A stretch of DNA of 64,000 nucleotides, taken from NCBI GenBank assembly GCA_030141605.1, contig JAQGDQ010002388.1, forward strand, positions 124,001 through 188,000, written 5' to 3'. The notes beneath the pieces are model-generated. The model saw nothing but the letters and a program-made list of their open reading frames with translations, was not told the origin of the DNA and did not search any database. The position numbers and the translations under genes were made by a program. Every line of letters begins with the position of its first letter. The stretch's first letter is position 1. This DNA comes from Tubiluchus corallicola (lineage: Eukaryota; Animalia; Priapulida). Shown piece after piece: positions 1 to 10,583 of this stretch.

Positions 1-190
1 TTTGGAAGGGGCGTTAAGAGAGATGATAGAGACCAAAGGACCTTATCTTCTGGATGTTCAGACTGATCCTTTTGAGAATGTTTTTCCGATGATCCCTGCT
101 GGTGCGGCTCATGATGAGATTTATCTCAGGAAGGAGGATTTCGGAGAGAAACCTGACGTTAATCGTAAGAATGGAGGGAGCTTGGCGTAA
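1..190 (+). CDS. ilvB: Acetolactate synthase large subunit, C-terminal fragment (truncated by window start)
   Basis: GPYLLDV...ENVFPMIPAGAAHDEI is the typical AHAS large-subunit C-terminus; directly upstream of ilvN and ilvC. Confidence 0.9.
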   Translation, partial: LEGALREMIETKGPYLLDVQTDPFENVFPMIPAGAAHDEIYLRKEDFGEKPDVNRKNGGSLA

Positions 191-213
191 TGCTGTAGCG
201 GGAGTGTTCACTG

Positions 214-729
214 ATGAAAAATCATAATAAAGAAATTCAAAAGCGTACGATTGCGATATTAGTTGAGAATGAGTCGGGAGTTTTGGCAAAAGTCATTGGA
301 CTTTTTTCGGGTCGTGGCTATAATATTGAGAGTTTAACTGTTGCTGAGACGGATCATGGGAAGTCTCTTTCTCGTATTACTGTGGTGACTTCTGGTACGA
401 GTATGGTTTTAGAGCAGATTAAGGCGCAGCTTGCGCGTCTTGTTCCTGTTTATCGTGTAACGGATTTAACGACAGAGGTTGACAGTGTTGAGCGTGAGCT
501 TGCTTTAATCAAGGTTCGCGGACGTGGTGAGGAGCGTGTTGAAGCGTTGCGGATTGCGGATATTTTCAGGGCGCATGTTTTGGACAGTTCGGTTGAGTCG
601 TTTGTTTTTGAGGTTGTTGGCAGTACAGAAAAGTTAAATGCTTTTATTGATCTTATGAAGCCTCTTGGTCTGGTGGATATTTCTAGGACAGGTGTTGTTG
701 CGATTGCAAGGGGTGCTGATGGGCTATAG
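214..729 (+). CDS. ilvN: Acetolactate synthase small (regulatory) subunit
   Basis: ACT domain LVENESGVLAKVIGLFSGRGYNIESLTV; ERELALIKV; SRTGVVAIARG. Confidence 0.97.
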   Translation: MKNHNKEIQKRTIAILVENESGVLAKVIGLFSGRGYNIESLTVAETDHGKSLSRITVVTSGTSMVLEQIKAQLARLVPVYRVTDLTTEVDSVERELALIKVRGRGEERVEALRIADIFRAHVLDSSVESFVFEVVGSTEKLNAFIDLMKPLGLVDISRTGVVAIARGADGL

Positions 730-739
730 AGTGTTATGA

Positions 740-1810
<1,071 letters not shown>

Positions 1811-1870
1811 CGTTTTTGCAAGTAGCTTTAATCGTCTTGATAAAAGGGTTGAAAGAAATTCACAAAGCTG

Positions 1871-2337
1871 GTGGGACAAAGCATCTCTTCTTATCCTCTT
1901 ATCTCAGTTATGATTCCAAGTTATAACCGGATTCTTTTGTTAATAATGTGATAAAATATGTTGTTTGTCAGACATATATAAATTGGGAGCTGATTATTAT
2001 TGACGACATCTCTTCTGATGGCGCGCTTAATCAGCTTCCTTTTGATTTTTTTAAGAAGTTTTATACGATCTGTTTATTTCCTATGCAGTTTAAGAAAAGG
2101 TTTTGTTTTTTTCAAAAAGCCTGGCTAATTTACCATCAGAGTAATATCTCTTTAGGCGATTGTGTTCCTAATTATGTTACAAATCATCTTATTCGCTTAT
2201 ATTATCGCCTGCGTAAGACGGTTTTTTCTTTTTTTTTACTTTCTATTCTCTCTTATGGCTATTGGCAGCGCAAAAAAATAAATAGAATACCGCCTTTTTT
2301 TCTAAGGGCGAGCGGCTCCACACTTTATGGAAAATAA
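1871..2337 (+). pseudogene. Frameshifted, internally deleted paralog of the adjacent GT2 glycosyltransferase
   Basis: PLISVMIPSYNR (1895-1930) then, in a shifted frame, DSFVNNVIKYVVCQTYINWELIIIDDISSD match the neighbour's N-terminus; this joins directly to a segment (LP..F...K...F...W...RLYYR) aligning without gaps to the neighbour's C-terminal region. Confidence 0.8.
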
Positions 2338-3472
2338 GAAGGTTATAATGGCTAAGCATTCTTCTTCATGTTCAAATCCCCCTCTTATTTCGGTTATCAT
2401 GCCGTCTTATAACCGAGAGAAATTTATTATAGACAGTATTGAAAGCGTTCTTAGGCAGACTTATAAAAACTGGGAGCTAATTATTATTGATGACGTTTCC
2501 TCTGATAACACTGTTTCTATTATTCAGAAGTATCAGCAAAGCGAACATCGAATCACACTATTACAAAACGAACATAATATGGGAGTTGCCGCAACAGTCA
2601 ACCGGGGCATCGCACAAGCAAAGGGAACTTATATAGCTCGTCTTGACGATGATGATTGCTTTCATCCTAGAAAGTTAGAGATTCATACACAGTTTATGGA
2701 GAATAACACGCATATTGATATAAGTGGAACAGCGAATTTTACGGTTTACAACGATGGTACGATTGCTCATCAATCTCATCGGTATGACTTCCCCTCTTCT
2801 ATTTTGAAATTCGCGACGCCTTTTCGGTTGATGTGTTTACAGACGACATTTATGGCAAGGGCGACATTATTTCAAAAGCTTTATAAACAGGCAGGCCATT
2901 TTTACAATCCTGTTTTTCGCAGGGGAGAAGATTGGGAACTCTTTCTCCGGATCGCTGTTGATGATACTCTTAGTGCTGCAAATCTCTCTTTACCGTTAAC
3001 GTATGTACGGTATGCTTCCAGGCCACCTGTAACGTTTGATGATCTGTCCAATCCCGAGGTTCCTTATAGCCTAGGGCAGAAAAGCCTGGAAGATTTTATT
3101 CATGTTATTTTTGATGGGCAGAATGATATTTTACCGGAAGGTTTCTGGAGTCATTACAATATGTATACGCTTTCTATTGCAGATTTAAAAAGGCTTTTAG
3201 CTTCATTTAAGCAACATTGGGTTAAACGATATCGTCTTTATTCTTTTTACGAGCGTTCGGCTGTAAAATTTGTAATTGCGGATATTTTACGTCGTTATTA
3301 TCGCGGCTACACAAAATACAACCAAGAATGCGGGAAATTCATACATCTGCAAAAGAATATATGTTGTTTAAACCGTATTGTTAATTACGCAAATTTTCGT
3401 ACAAAATCTCGGCGCTTTTCTGAAAAAAGCGATTATATAGATATATTCAAAACCTCATCTTCTCATAGTTAA
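2327..3472 (+). CDS. Family 2 glycosyltransferase
   Basis: PLISVIMPSYN, WELIIIDDVSSD, YIARLDDDD (DxD), EDWELFLR; start may be 2348. Confidence 0.93.
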   Translation: MENKKVIMAKHSSSCSNPPLISVIMPSYNREKFIIDSIESVLRQTYKNWELIIIDDVSSDNTVSIIQKYQQSEHRITLLQNEHNMGVAATVNRGIAQAKGTYIARLDDDDCFHPRKLEIHTQFMENNTHIDISGTANFTVYNDGTIAHQSHRYDFPSSILKFATPFRLMCLQTTFMARATLFQKLYKQAGHFYNPVFRRGEDWELFLRIAVDDTLSAANLSLPLTYVRYASRPPVTFDDLSNPEVPYSLGQKSLEDFIHVIFDGQNDILPEGFWSHYNMYTLSIADLKRLLASFKQHWVKRYRLYSFYERSAVKFVIADILRRYYRGYTKYNQECGKFIHLQKNICCLNRIVNYANFRTKSRRFSEKSDYIDIFKTSSSHS

Positions 3473-3517
3473 GCGGGATATTTCTTTGATCGCTTTTCTT
3501 CTATAAAGCTGCTAGTA

Positions 3518-3529
3518 TAAACATGTTTA
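3518..3529. promoter_or_regulatory. Perfect 12-bp palindrome upstream of uxaA, candidate operator
   Basis: TAAACATGTTTA about 50 bp before the uxaA start. Confidence 0.3.
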
Positions 3530-3578
3530 CTCACTCTATTTAATTATATTATGGTTATAGTGCCAGAAAGGTTATTTC

Positions 3579-5069
3579 ATGAAGCCTTATCATATTCTTC
3601 ATTCTTCCGATCATGTTGCTGTTGCTCTTATTTCCTTACAGGCTGGAGAGAGTTTTTCAATTAATGGTCATTTAGTTACTCTTCAAGACTCTATTCCTGC
3701 GGGGCATAAATTTTCTTTGGCTGATTTACCGGCTCATTCTGATATTATCAAGTATGGTAGTCCTATTGGTCATACGCTCTGCGCTATTAAAGCAGGAGAG
3801 CATGTTCATACGCATAATTTAGCGACGAATTTATCAGGGGTTTCCGAGTATAGTTATCATCCTGTTTCGCCTCCTCTTTTTTCATCGCCTTTTTCGCCTC
3901 CTGATATTTTTGTGTATGAGCGCCATAATGGCGCGATTGGTATTCGCAACGAGCTTTGGATACTTCCTACTGTGGGGTGTGTCAATGGAATTGGCCAGCA
4001 GGCGATTGAGCGTTTTTACCGGGATATTCCTGCGGATGACATTGATGGTGTTTTTGTTTTTGGGCATAATTATGGCTGTTCTCAGCTTGGTGAGGATTAT
4101 AAGAACACGCGTACAATTTTACAGTGTATGGCATCTCATCCCAATGCGGGAGGTGTTTTGGTTTTAGGGTTGGGGTGTGAAAATAATCAAATTGGTGATT
4201 TTTCTAACACTCTTTCAGGTCATGATCCTAAGAGGATTCGTTTTATGGCTTGCCAGGATGTTGATGATGAGTTGGAGCATGCCGTTTCTCTTCTGAAGGA
4301 ATTGTATGAGGTTATGCGCTATGACAAAAGGCGCCGCCATGACTTTAGCGCGCTAAAAGTCGGCTTGAAGTGTGGTGGTTCTGATGGGTTTTCCGGTATT
4401 ACGGCCAATCCTTTACTGGGTGTTTTTTCGGATTATCTTATTGGCCATGGTGGGAGTACAATTCTGACCGAGGTGCCGGAGATGTTTGGAGCGGAAACAT
4501 TATTGATGAATCGTTGTATAACTGAGGAGGTTTATGAAAAGCTTGTATGTTTGATCAATGATTTCAAAGCCTATTTTATTGCTCATAATCAGGAAATTTA
4601 TGAAAATCCTTCTCCTGGTAATAAAAAAGGGGGAATTACTACGTTGGAGGAGAAATCTCTTGGCTGTACGCAAAAGTCTGGCCATAGTTTTGTTGTGAAT
4701 GTTCTTTCTTATGGCAAGCGGTTAGAAACGCAAGGTTTGAATCTATTGAATGCGCCTGGGAATGATCTTGTAGCCACGACGGCTTTAGGGGCGAGCGGCT
4801 GCCATCTTGTTCTTTTCACGACGGGGCGCGGCACACCTTTTGGAGGCTTTGTTCCGACGATGAAGATTTCAACGAATACACCTTTATGGGCTAAAAAGGG
4901 TCATTGGATTGATTTCAATGCGGGTGAGCTTGTAAACGATGAATCGATGGAGAATTTACTAAAACTGTTTATCAATGAAATTGCTGCTGTTGCGAGTGGA
5001 AAACGCATCACCAGTGAGCGGAATAATTGCCGGGAAATGGCGATTTTTAAATCGGGTGTTACTTTATAG
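3579..5069 (+). CDS. uxaA: Altronate dehydratase
   Basis: N-terminal SAF domain (IPAGHK..IIKYG), RNELWILPTVGCVNG, GLKCGGSDG, NPSPGNKKGG, C-terminal AIFKSGVTL as in E. coli UxaA. Confidence 0.95.
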   Translation: MKPYHILHSSDHVAVALISLQAGESFSINGHLVTLQDSIPAGHKFSLADLPAHSDIIKYGSPIGHTLCAIKAGEHVHTHNLATNLSGVSEYSYHPVSPPLFSSPFSPPDIFVYERHNGAIGIRNELWILPTVGCVNGIGQQAIERFYRDIPADDIDGVFVFGHNYGCSQLGEDYKNTRTILQCMASHPNAGGVLVLGLGCENNQIGDFSNTLSGHDPKRIRFMACQDVDDELEHAVSLLKELYEVMRYDKRRRHDFSALKVGLKCGGSDGFSGITANPLLGVFSDYLIGHGGSTILTEVPEMFGAETLLMNRCITEEVYEKLVCLINDFKAYFIAHNQEIYENPSPGNKKGGITTLEEKSLGCTQKSGHSFVVNVLSYGKRLETQGLNLLNAPGNDLVATTALGASGCHLVLFTTGRGTPFGGFVPTMKISTNTPLWAKKGHWIDFNAGELVNDESMENLLKLFINEIAAVASGKRITSERNNCREMAIFKSGVTL

Positions 5070-5107
5070 CTTTTTCGCAATTCAATTGATTAAGGAGATT
5101 GAATCGT

Positions 5108-6298
5108 ATGCCCTCCCCTTTTCCAGATTTTTTTTATCAGGAGAAGCTTTCTTCTTTACGGCGGGATCATTGTTATAGAGAGATTCTTCCTTTACAAGCC
5201 AGTGATAGCCGTACGATCGCGATAGGGGAAGATTCTTATTTAAACTTTTCCAGTAACGACTATCTTGGTCTTTCTTCTCATCCTTTTCTTGCGGAGCGTG
5301 CTTATGATTGGCAGAGTTCTTTTGGTACGGGTTCTCGTTCTTCTCGTCTTATTTGCGGCACTTTGGAATCTGTATTGACGCTTGAGAAGAAGATTGCGCG
5401 TTTTAAGAAGAAGGAGGCTTCTCTTCTTTTTTGTTCTGGTTTTCAGGCGAATGTCACGCTTTTAGCGGCACTTTTTGACAAATCTGTTTTAAGGGCTTCT
5501 CCGCTTGTTTTTTCGGATCGCCTTAACCACGCGAGTTTACATCTTGGTTGCCAAGCGGCAGGCGTTCGGCAGATTCGGTATCGCCATCTTGATATGGCTC
5601 ATTTATCGTCTTTACTAGAGAAACACTCCGCGTCTTTGGCACCAAAGTTCATTGTAACGGAGTCTCTATTTAGCATGGACGGCACCTGTACGCCTCTTTC
5701 TGCTATCTCTTCTTTAGCACGAGAGCATAACGCCATGCTTATTGTGGATGACGCGCATGCGACAGGAATCTTAGGAAAAGATGGTTCCGGTTTAGCAAGT
5801 AAGTATAGTGATCATATTGATATTGTTATCACGACGTTTAGCAAAGCGATGGGAAGTTTTGGCGGAGCGATTGCCTGCAGCCATCTTCTTAAGGATTATC
5901 TTATCAATTGCTGTCGTGGTTTTATTTATTCGACGGCGCTTCCTCCGTCTGTTGCGGGTTCGATTGATGCGGCTGTTGATCTTGTTCCGACGTTAGAGTC
6001 CGAGCGCATGCATGTTCAGGCGCTTTCTGCTTTGTTGCGGGAGGAGATTTTAGAAATAGGAATGGAGACTTTTTCTGATTCGTCTCATATTGTTCCTCTT
6101 TTTTTGCATGATTCTGATCGTTGTTTATCATTTGCGCGTTTTCTTCGTGAAAAACGAATCTATGCACCCGCAATTCGCCCCCCTTCTGTTCCGTTCGGGC
6201 GTTCTAGAGTACGTTTTTCATTGACTGCTCTTCATAAAAAAAGTGATATAGAAACCCTTATTAAGGCTCTTCATTACGCGTCTTTGTCTATAAAATAG
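5108..6298 (+). CDS. bioF: 8-amino-7-oxononanoate synthase (PLP-dependent)
   Basis: NFSSNDYLGL, SDRLNHASL, ESLFSMDG, VDDAHATG, TFSKAMG (PLP Lys), AIRPPSVP; AAGGAG RBS favours ATG 5108. Confidence 0.9.
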   Translation: MPSPFPDFFYQEKLSSLRRDHCYREILPLQASDSRTIAIGEDSYLNFSSNDYLGLSSHPFLAERAYDWQSSFGTGSRSSRLICGTLESVLTLEKKIARFKKKEASLLFCSGFQANVTLLAALFDKSVLRASPLVFSDRLNHASLHLGCQAAGVRQIRYRHLDMAHLSSLLEKHSASLAPKFIVTESLFSMDGTCTPLSAISSLAREHNAMLIVDDAHATGILGKDGSGLASKYSDHIDIVITTFSKAMGSFGGAIACSHLLKDYLINCCRGFIYSTALPPSVAGSIDAAVDLVPTLESERMHVQALSALLREEILEIGMETFSDSSHIVPLFLHDSDRCLSFARFLREKRIYAPAIRPPSVPFGRSRVRFSLTALHKKSDIETLIKALHYASLSIK

Positions 6299-6375
6299 AG
6301 CCATTTTCTTTTTTTATGTTAAATTATAGTATTAGCTATTATCATTTACGATTTTTTATAAATTTATGGCAACCG

Positions 6376-7347
6376 ATGATATATGATGACAAAGCAATTC
6401 AATGGCCCTGCCAACGCTCTCTCTTTCATATTATTGAGCAGTGGTTAGAGTGGATTGAATATGAGAGGCGACTATCTTATAATACGAAGATAGCATATCA
6501 GAAGGATATTTTCTTTTTTCTAAAATTCATGGAAAACCATCTTGCTTTTAGGCCAGGTGTTTCTGATCTGCTCAATTTAGAAACGACTGACTTTAGAAGT
6601 TGGATCGCTCATCGTCTTTATGAGAATATTCAGCGTTCTTCCGCTGCCAGGGAGCTTTCTTCCATCAAGAGTTTTTTTCTTTTTCTTGACAGGGAGGGCT
6701 ATGGGAAGAATGATGCTATTAGCACGATCAGAGCGCCTAAGAAGCCGCATATTGTCCCCAGACCGCTTTCTAAGGAAGGAACGATTGATCTTATTGAGGA
6801 GGCGCCTTCAGAGCAGAAAGAAAATTGGCTTTCTTTACGGGACAAGGCTTTTTTTTCTCTCTTATACGGTTGTGGTTTACGCATTGACGAGGCGTTGGCC
6901 TTAAATTGCGGAGATCTTCCTCCTCATGGAAGCCCGGAAGGGTTTCTGCTGATTATGGGAAAAGGAAAAAAGGAGCGGCTTGTTCCTTTTATTTCTCCTG
7001 TAGAGACAGCGATTCATCATTATTTATTTATTTCTCCCTGGCCACAGGCGAAGGAGGATCCTCTTTTCCGTGGAAAACAAGGTAAGAGGCTTTCTGCTGG
7101 TGTTATGCAAAGGCAAATGAGGAAGCTTCGTGCGCTTATGGGTCTTCCGCATTCTGCTACACCTCACGCGCTTCGCCATAGTTTTGCGACTCATCTGTTG
7201 CAGGAAGGGCTTGATTTGCGTTCAATACAAGAGCTTCTAGGTCACACTTCTCTCACTTCGACGCAACGATATACAGAAATTACAAATGTGGAATTAAAGA
7301 AAACTTATATGAAAGCACACCCTAGAGCACAAAAAGACAAAAAATAA
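6376..7347 (+). CDS. xerC: Tyrosine recombinase XerC
   Basis: LYGCGLR, GKGKKER, ATPHALRHSFATHLL, LLGH, TQRYT: full catalytic set, alpha-type XerC wording; ORF open from 6316. Confidence 0.88.
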   Translation: MIYDDKAIQWPCQRSLFHIIEQWLEWIEYERRLSYNTKIAYQKDIFFFLKFMENHLAFRPGVSDLLNLETTDFRSWIAHRLYENIQRSSAARELSSIKSFFLFLDREGYGKNDAISTIRAPKKPHIVPRPLSKEGTIDLIEEAPSEQKENWLSLRDKAFFSLLYGCGLRIDEALALNCGDLPPHGSPEGFLLIMGKGKKERLVPFISPVETAIHHYLFISPWPQAKEDPLFRGKQGKRLSAGVMQRQMRKLRALMGLPHSATPHALRHSFATHLLQEGLDLRSIQELLGHTSLTSTQRYTEITNVELKKTYMKAHPRAQKDKK

Positions 7348-7564
7348 AACACACCAAAAAGTTAAAGTTTAAATATTAAAATACACTCATAAAGTATGGA
7401 AGTAATTCATTGCAATCTTTAAAAGTTTTTTATTGAAATAGTTATCTACTTATAGTAAAAATTATTAAATAATATAGTATGAAATTTTAGTATCAACTTA
7501 TTTTCACAAATACTTAAAGTAGAGATCAAAAATTATTTTTACAGTTAGGGGCTAAAATCTTCAC

Positions 7565-7942
7565 ATGAAAAAATCTCTTGTTAAGATCGACACACTTATC
7601 GGAAAAAATTTTGAAAAATATCGCTTTGGAAGCCGTATGAACAATAAGTCTGTTGCTGAGCATTTAAATCTTTCGACTTCCACGCTCAAGCGTATGATTA
7701 ATGGACGGAGTTCTTTTACTTCTTTTCATCTTTGGAGGGCCGCGCATCTTTTTAACGTGAAGTACGAAGATTTCTTTTTAGGGATTGATGATAAGCATCT
7801 GAATGATTCAGAGATTCACAAAGAGGCTGATAAAGTAAAAGAAACAGAGCAATTTATTCGACTTTACAGTAAGATACGCACCCATATAAGGCGTAAGCAT
7901 ATTGCCGCTTTTATAAAGGCCATTCCGCGCAATAGCGGTTGA
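7565..7942 (+). CDS. XRE-family helix-turn-helix regulator (alphaproteobacterial type, divergent)
   Basis: IDTLIG...VAEHLNLS...HLFNVKYEDFF and C-terminal ETEQFIRLYSKI follow the family pattern. Confidence 0.75.
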   Translation: MKKSLVKIDTLIGKNFEKYRFGSRMNNKSVAEHLNLSTSTLKRMINGRSSFTSFHLWRAAHLFNVKYEDFFLGIDDKHLNDSEIHKEADKVKETEQFIRLYSKIRTHIRRKHIAAFIKAIPRNSG

Positions 7943-7959
7943 CTGTAAGTCTTTTTTCC

Positions 7960-8721
7960 CTATAGTTTCTTCCAGGCAGTCAAGTAGCAGATATGGAATG
8001 TTGAGTTATATTGATTGTTTGGTTTGTTATTTTCCGACCAGAATTTTCCGAGAATTTTCGCGACTGTTTGTTCGTCAGGTAAAAAGGTTATAGGGGGAAG
8101 AATCTTTTTTTCTTCCATTTGCTTCAGGTCAGCAATCAAGGTATCAATAGAGGGCCAGCAGACATTAATTTTATCCACGTCTGCGACAGGCAAGGTAAAT
8201 TTCTGTTTTATCAGCCAGTCTCCTGCTGTTTGAAGAGAGTCAAGAGGTGTATATTGAATTTGCGCATGGAACTTAGGGTCTGTTGCGTATGCTTTTTTCA
8301 TGACGTTTTTAATTTCCTGCAAGCTTCCGTCACAAGGGAGTGTTAAGCACATCATTCCGCCTTTTTTCAAGACTCGCATGATCTGGTGCAAGAATACTGA
8401 CAAAGTCTGGTAGCAAGGAAGATTCATGCAGCTTGTCACGAGATCAAAGCTTTCTTCTTTAAAATTGAGGTAGATTTGTTTTTTCACTTCTCTTTTTTCT
8501 GTTGCCTCTTGTGTTTCGTTGTGTATGAAACCGCGAGGAGATTCATAGTTTGTCAGATGAGAAATCTGTTTATGCTGTGCCAGCAAAGAGGACAGTTCAT
8601 TATTTCGCTCTCCAATATCAAGGGCTAGCGGGAAATTTTTCCTGATATCCTCTATTCGTTCTATCATTCTTCCTGCGATTTCCAGTCGTAGGAAATTATG
8701 GTCTTTATTATTTTCTGTCAT
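7960..8721 (-). CDS. SAM-dependent methyltransferase-like protein (BioC/NDUFAF5-like), degenerate motif I
   Basis: FLRLEIAGRMIERIEDIRKNFPLALDIG, ESFDLVTS, FTLPVADVD, LIADLKQM. Confidence 0.75.
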   Translation of the reverse strand: MTENNKDHNFLRLEIAGRMIERIEDIRKNFPLALDIGERNNELSSLLAQHKQISHLTNYESPRGFIHNETQEATEKREVKKQIYLNFKEESFDLVTSCMNLPCYQTLSVFLHQIMRVLKKGGMMCLTLPCDGSLQEIKNVMKKAYATDPKFHAQIQYTPLDSLQTAGDWLIKQKFTLPVADVDKINVCWPSIDTLIADLKQMEEKKILPPITFLPDEQTVAKILGKFWSENNKPNNQYNSTFHICYLTAWKKL

Positions 8722-8783
8722 GGGGATATTTATGCTGTTAACATTATGAAAAAGCGCTATTTAAGCTATGGTCATTAAAATCT

Positions 8784-10556
8784 CTATAGTATATTGCCTT
8801 GTTTTATTTCGATCAGCTCTGCTTCTGGAAAGAGGCTTTTGGCTTTTTGAACAGCGGAATCATGAGCCGCTTCTTTTAATTTTTGTTTATAATTCTCTTG
8901 CTCTATTTCGGCGAGTGTTGGTAAGCCCTCTTCTTCAAAAAGGCGTATATTCCACATTTGCCCTGTTATAGATTCCAATGTATTTTTTAATTTTTTTGCA
9001 AATTCATCCATCACGGAACTTTGCAGCCGTATTGTTAATGTTTGTTGTTGGCAATCGATCAGATGCACTTTTTGCTTAAGCTGCACCGCGAGAAAATCTT
9101 CGCGTTTTTCTTCAAGAATTGTAATAATTTTTTGAAAGTTGCCCATTATTTCGCCTATATTTTTCTCGGGAGAAGAGTGTGTTTTTTCTTCTAAGTATAT
9201 TTCTTCTTTTAAAGGCGCTGGTTTTTCTTCAGGAAGGTTTTCAGAATATTGTTTCTTTTGCTCAAATAGAGAGGATGTCTGTTTTTCAGGGAGGGTAATT
9301 TTTTTTTCAGAAGAGGTTTTTTGTTCCTGATCGGGCGTTTTTTGTTTTTTTTCCAGCGATGTTTCTGCTTCAAGCTCTTTGATAATTTCCGCTGGTGTTG
9401 GAAGCTGGTTTGTCCAGATAATGCGGATCAATGCGATTTCCGCGGTTTGCAAAGGAAAGGGCGTCATATTAATTTCTTGAACAGCTTTCAGAAGCATTTG
9501 CCACAGGCGCATTAGCTCTGGCAACGATAAGGAATTCGCCAATTTTTCCCCTTCTTTTTTTTCCTTTTCCGTTTCAAAAATAAAGGATTGGAAGAGGCTT
9601 TCCGGCTCGATGGAGAGGCGCAACAAGCTATGGCAAAGTTCCATCATATCGGAAAAAACAACAAGAGGTTCTACACCGGCCATATATTGTTGATTAAGGA
9701 TACTCAAGGCTTGTTGTGTATTCCCTTCTATAATTTCTTTCCACAGGTCGATAATGAAGGCTTTATCCGCAAGCCCCAGCATATCCTGAATATGTTCTGC
9801 GGTAATTTCACTTCCGCAATGAGCAATAGCTTGATCAAGGAGGCTTAATCCATCACGTACAGACCCGTCTGCTGCGCGTGCCAGAATTTTCATTGCTTCT
9901 GGAGAAAGAGATACATTTTCCTGAGCGCATATGGATTCATAATGATTCATAAGCGTTTCTGTAGAAACGCGCTTGAGTGTAAAACGCTGGCATCGTGAAA
10001 GGACAGTAACAGGAATTTTTCGTGTTTCAGTTGTGGCAAAGATAAAACGAATATGGGCTGGTGGCTCTTCTAATGTTTTAAGCAGGGCATTAAAAGCATT
10101 TTTTGAGAGCATATGAATTTCATCAATAATATAAATTTTAAATCGAGCAGAAACAGGCGCATAGCGTATATTTTCAATAAGCTCGCGTATATCGTCCACA
10201 CCGGTATGGCTTGCGGCGTCCATTTCCAAAACATCCATATGTCGATCGTGTGCAATAGCCCTGCAATGTTCACATTCTCCGCAGGGTTGCACTGTTGGGC
10301 TGTCATTTTTCCCATCTTTTCCGATACAATTCAATGCCCTAGCGAGAATACGCGCTGTTGTTGTTTTTCCGACTCCCCGAACGCCTGTCAGCAAGAAAGC
10401 ATGTGCCAGCCTGCCTGTTCGCAAAGCATTTGAAAGCGTCTGCACGAGGATATCTTGCCCAACGAGTGTTTTAAAGTCTTGAGGTCTATATTTACGAGCC
10501 AGTACAACATAATCGTTATAATGTGCTGTATGAGAGGTAGCGGGAAAAGTTTCCAT
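8784..10556 (-). CDS. dnaX: DNA polymerase III subunit gamma/tau
   Basis: YVVLARKYRP, GVRGVGKTT Walker A, Zn cysteines, IIDEIHM, SRC motif. Confidence 0.98.
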   Translation of the reverse strand: METFPATSHTAHYNDYVVLARKYRPQDFKTLVGQDILVQTLSNALRTGRLAHAFLLTGVRGVGKTTTARILARALNCIGKDGKNDSPTVQPCGECEHCRAIAHDRHMDVLEMDAASHTGVDDIRELIENIRYAPVSARFKIYIIDEIHMLSKNAFNALLKTLEEPPAHIRFIFATTETRKIPVTVLSRCQRFTLKRVSTETLMNHYESICAQENVSLSPEAMKILARAADGSVRDGLSLLDQAIAHCGSEITAEHIQDMLGLADKAFIIDLWKEIIEGNTQQALSILNQQYMAGVEPLVVFSDMMELCHSLLRLSIEPESLFQSFIFETEKEKKEGEKLANSLSLPELMRLWQMLLKAVQEINMTPFPLQTAEIALIRIIWTNQLPTPAEIIKELEAETSLEKKQKTPDQEQKTSSEKKITLPEKQTSSLFEQKKQYSENLPEEKPAPLKEEIYLEEKTHSSPEKNIGEIMGNFQKIITILEEKREDFLAVQLKQKVHLIDCQQQTLTIRLQSSVMDEFAKKLKNTLESITGQMWNIRLFEEEGLPTLAEIEQENYKQKLKEAAHDSAVQKAKSLFPEAELIEIKQGNIL

Positions 10557-10583
10557 AAATTATCACCGAATTTGAACAATGAC

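Noticed and set aside
6376-7942. Tyrosine recombinase plus XRE gene as a prophage or integrative element
   Set aside because: The recombinase has housekeeping XerC motifs; no att repeats, phage genes or conjugation genes nearby
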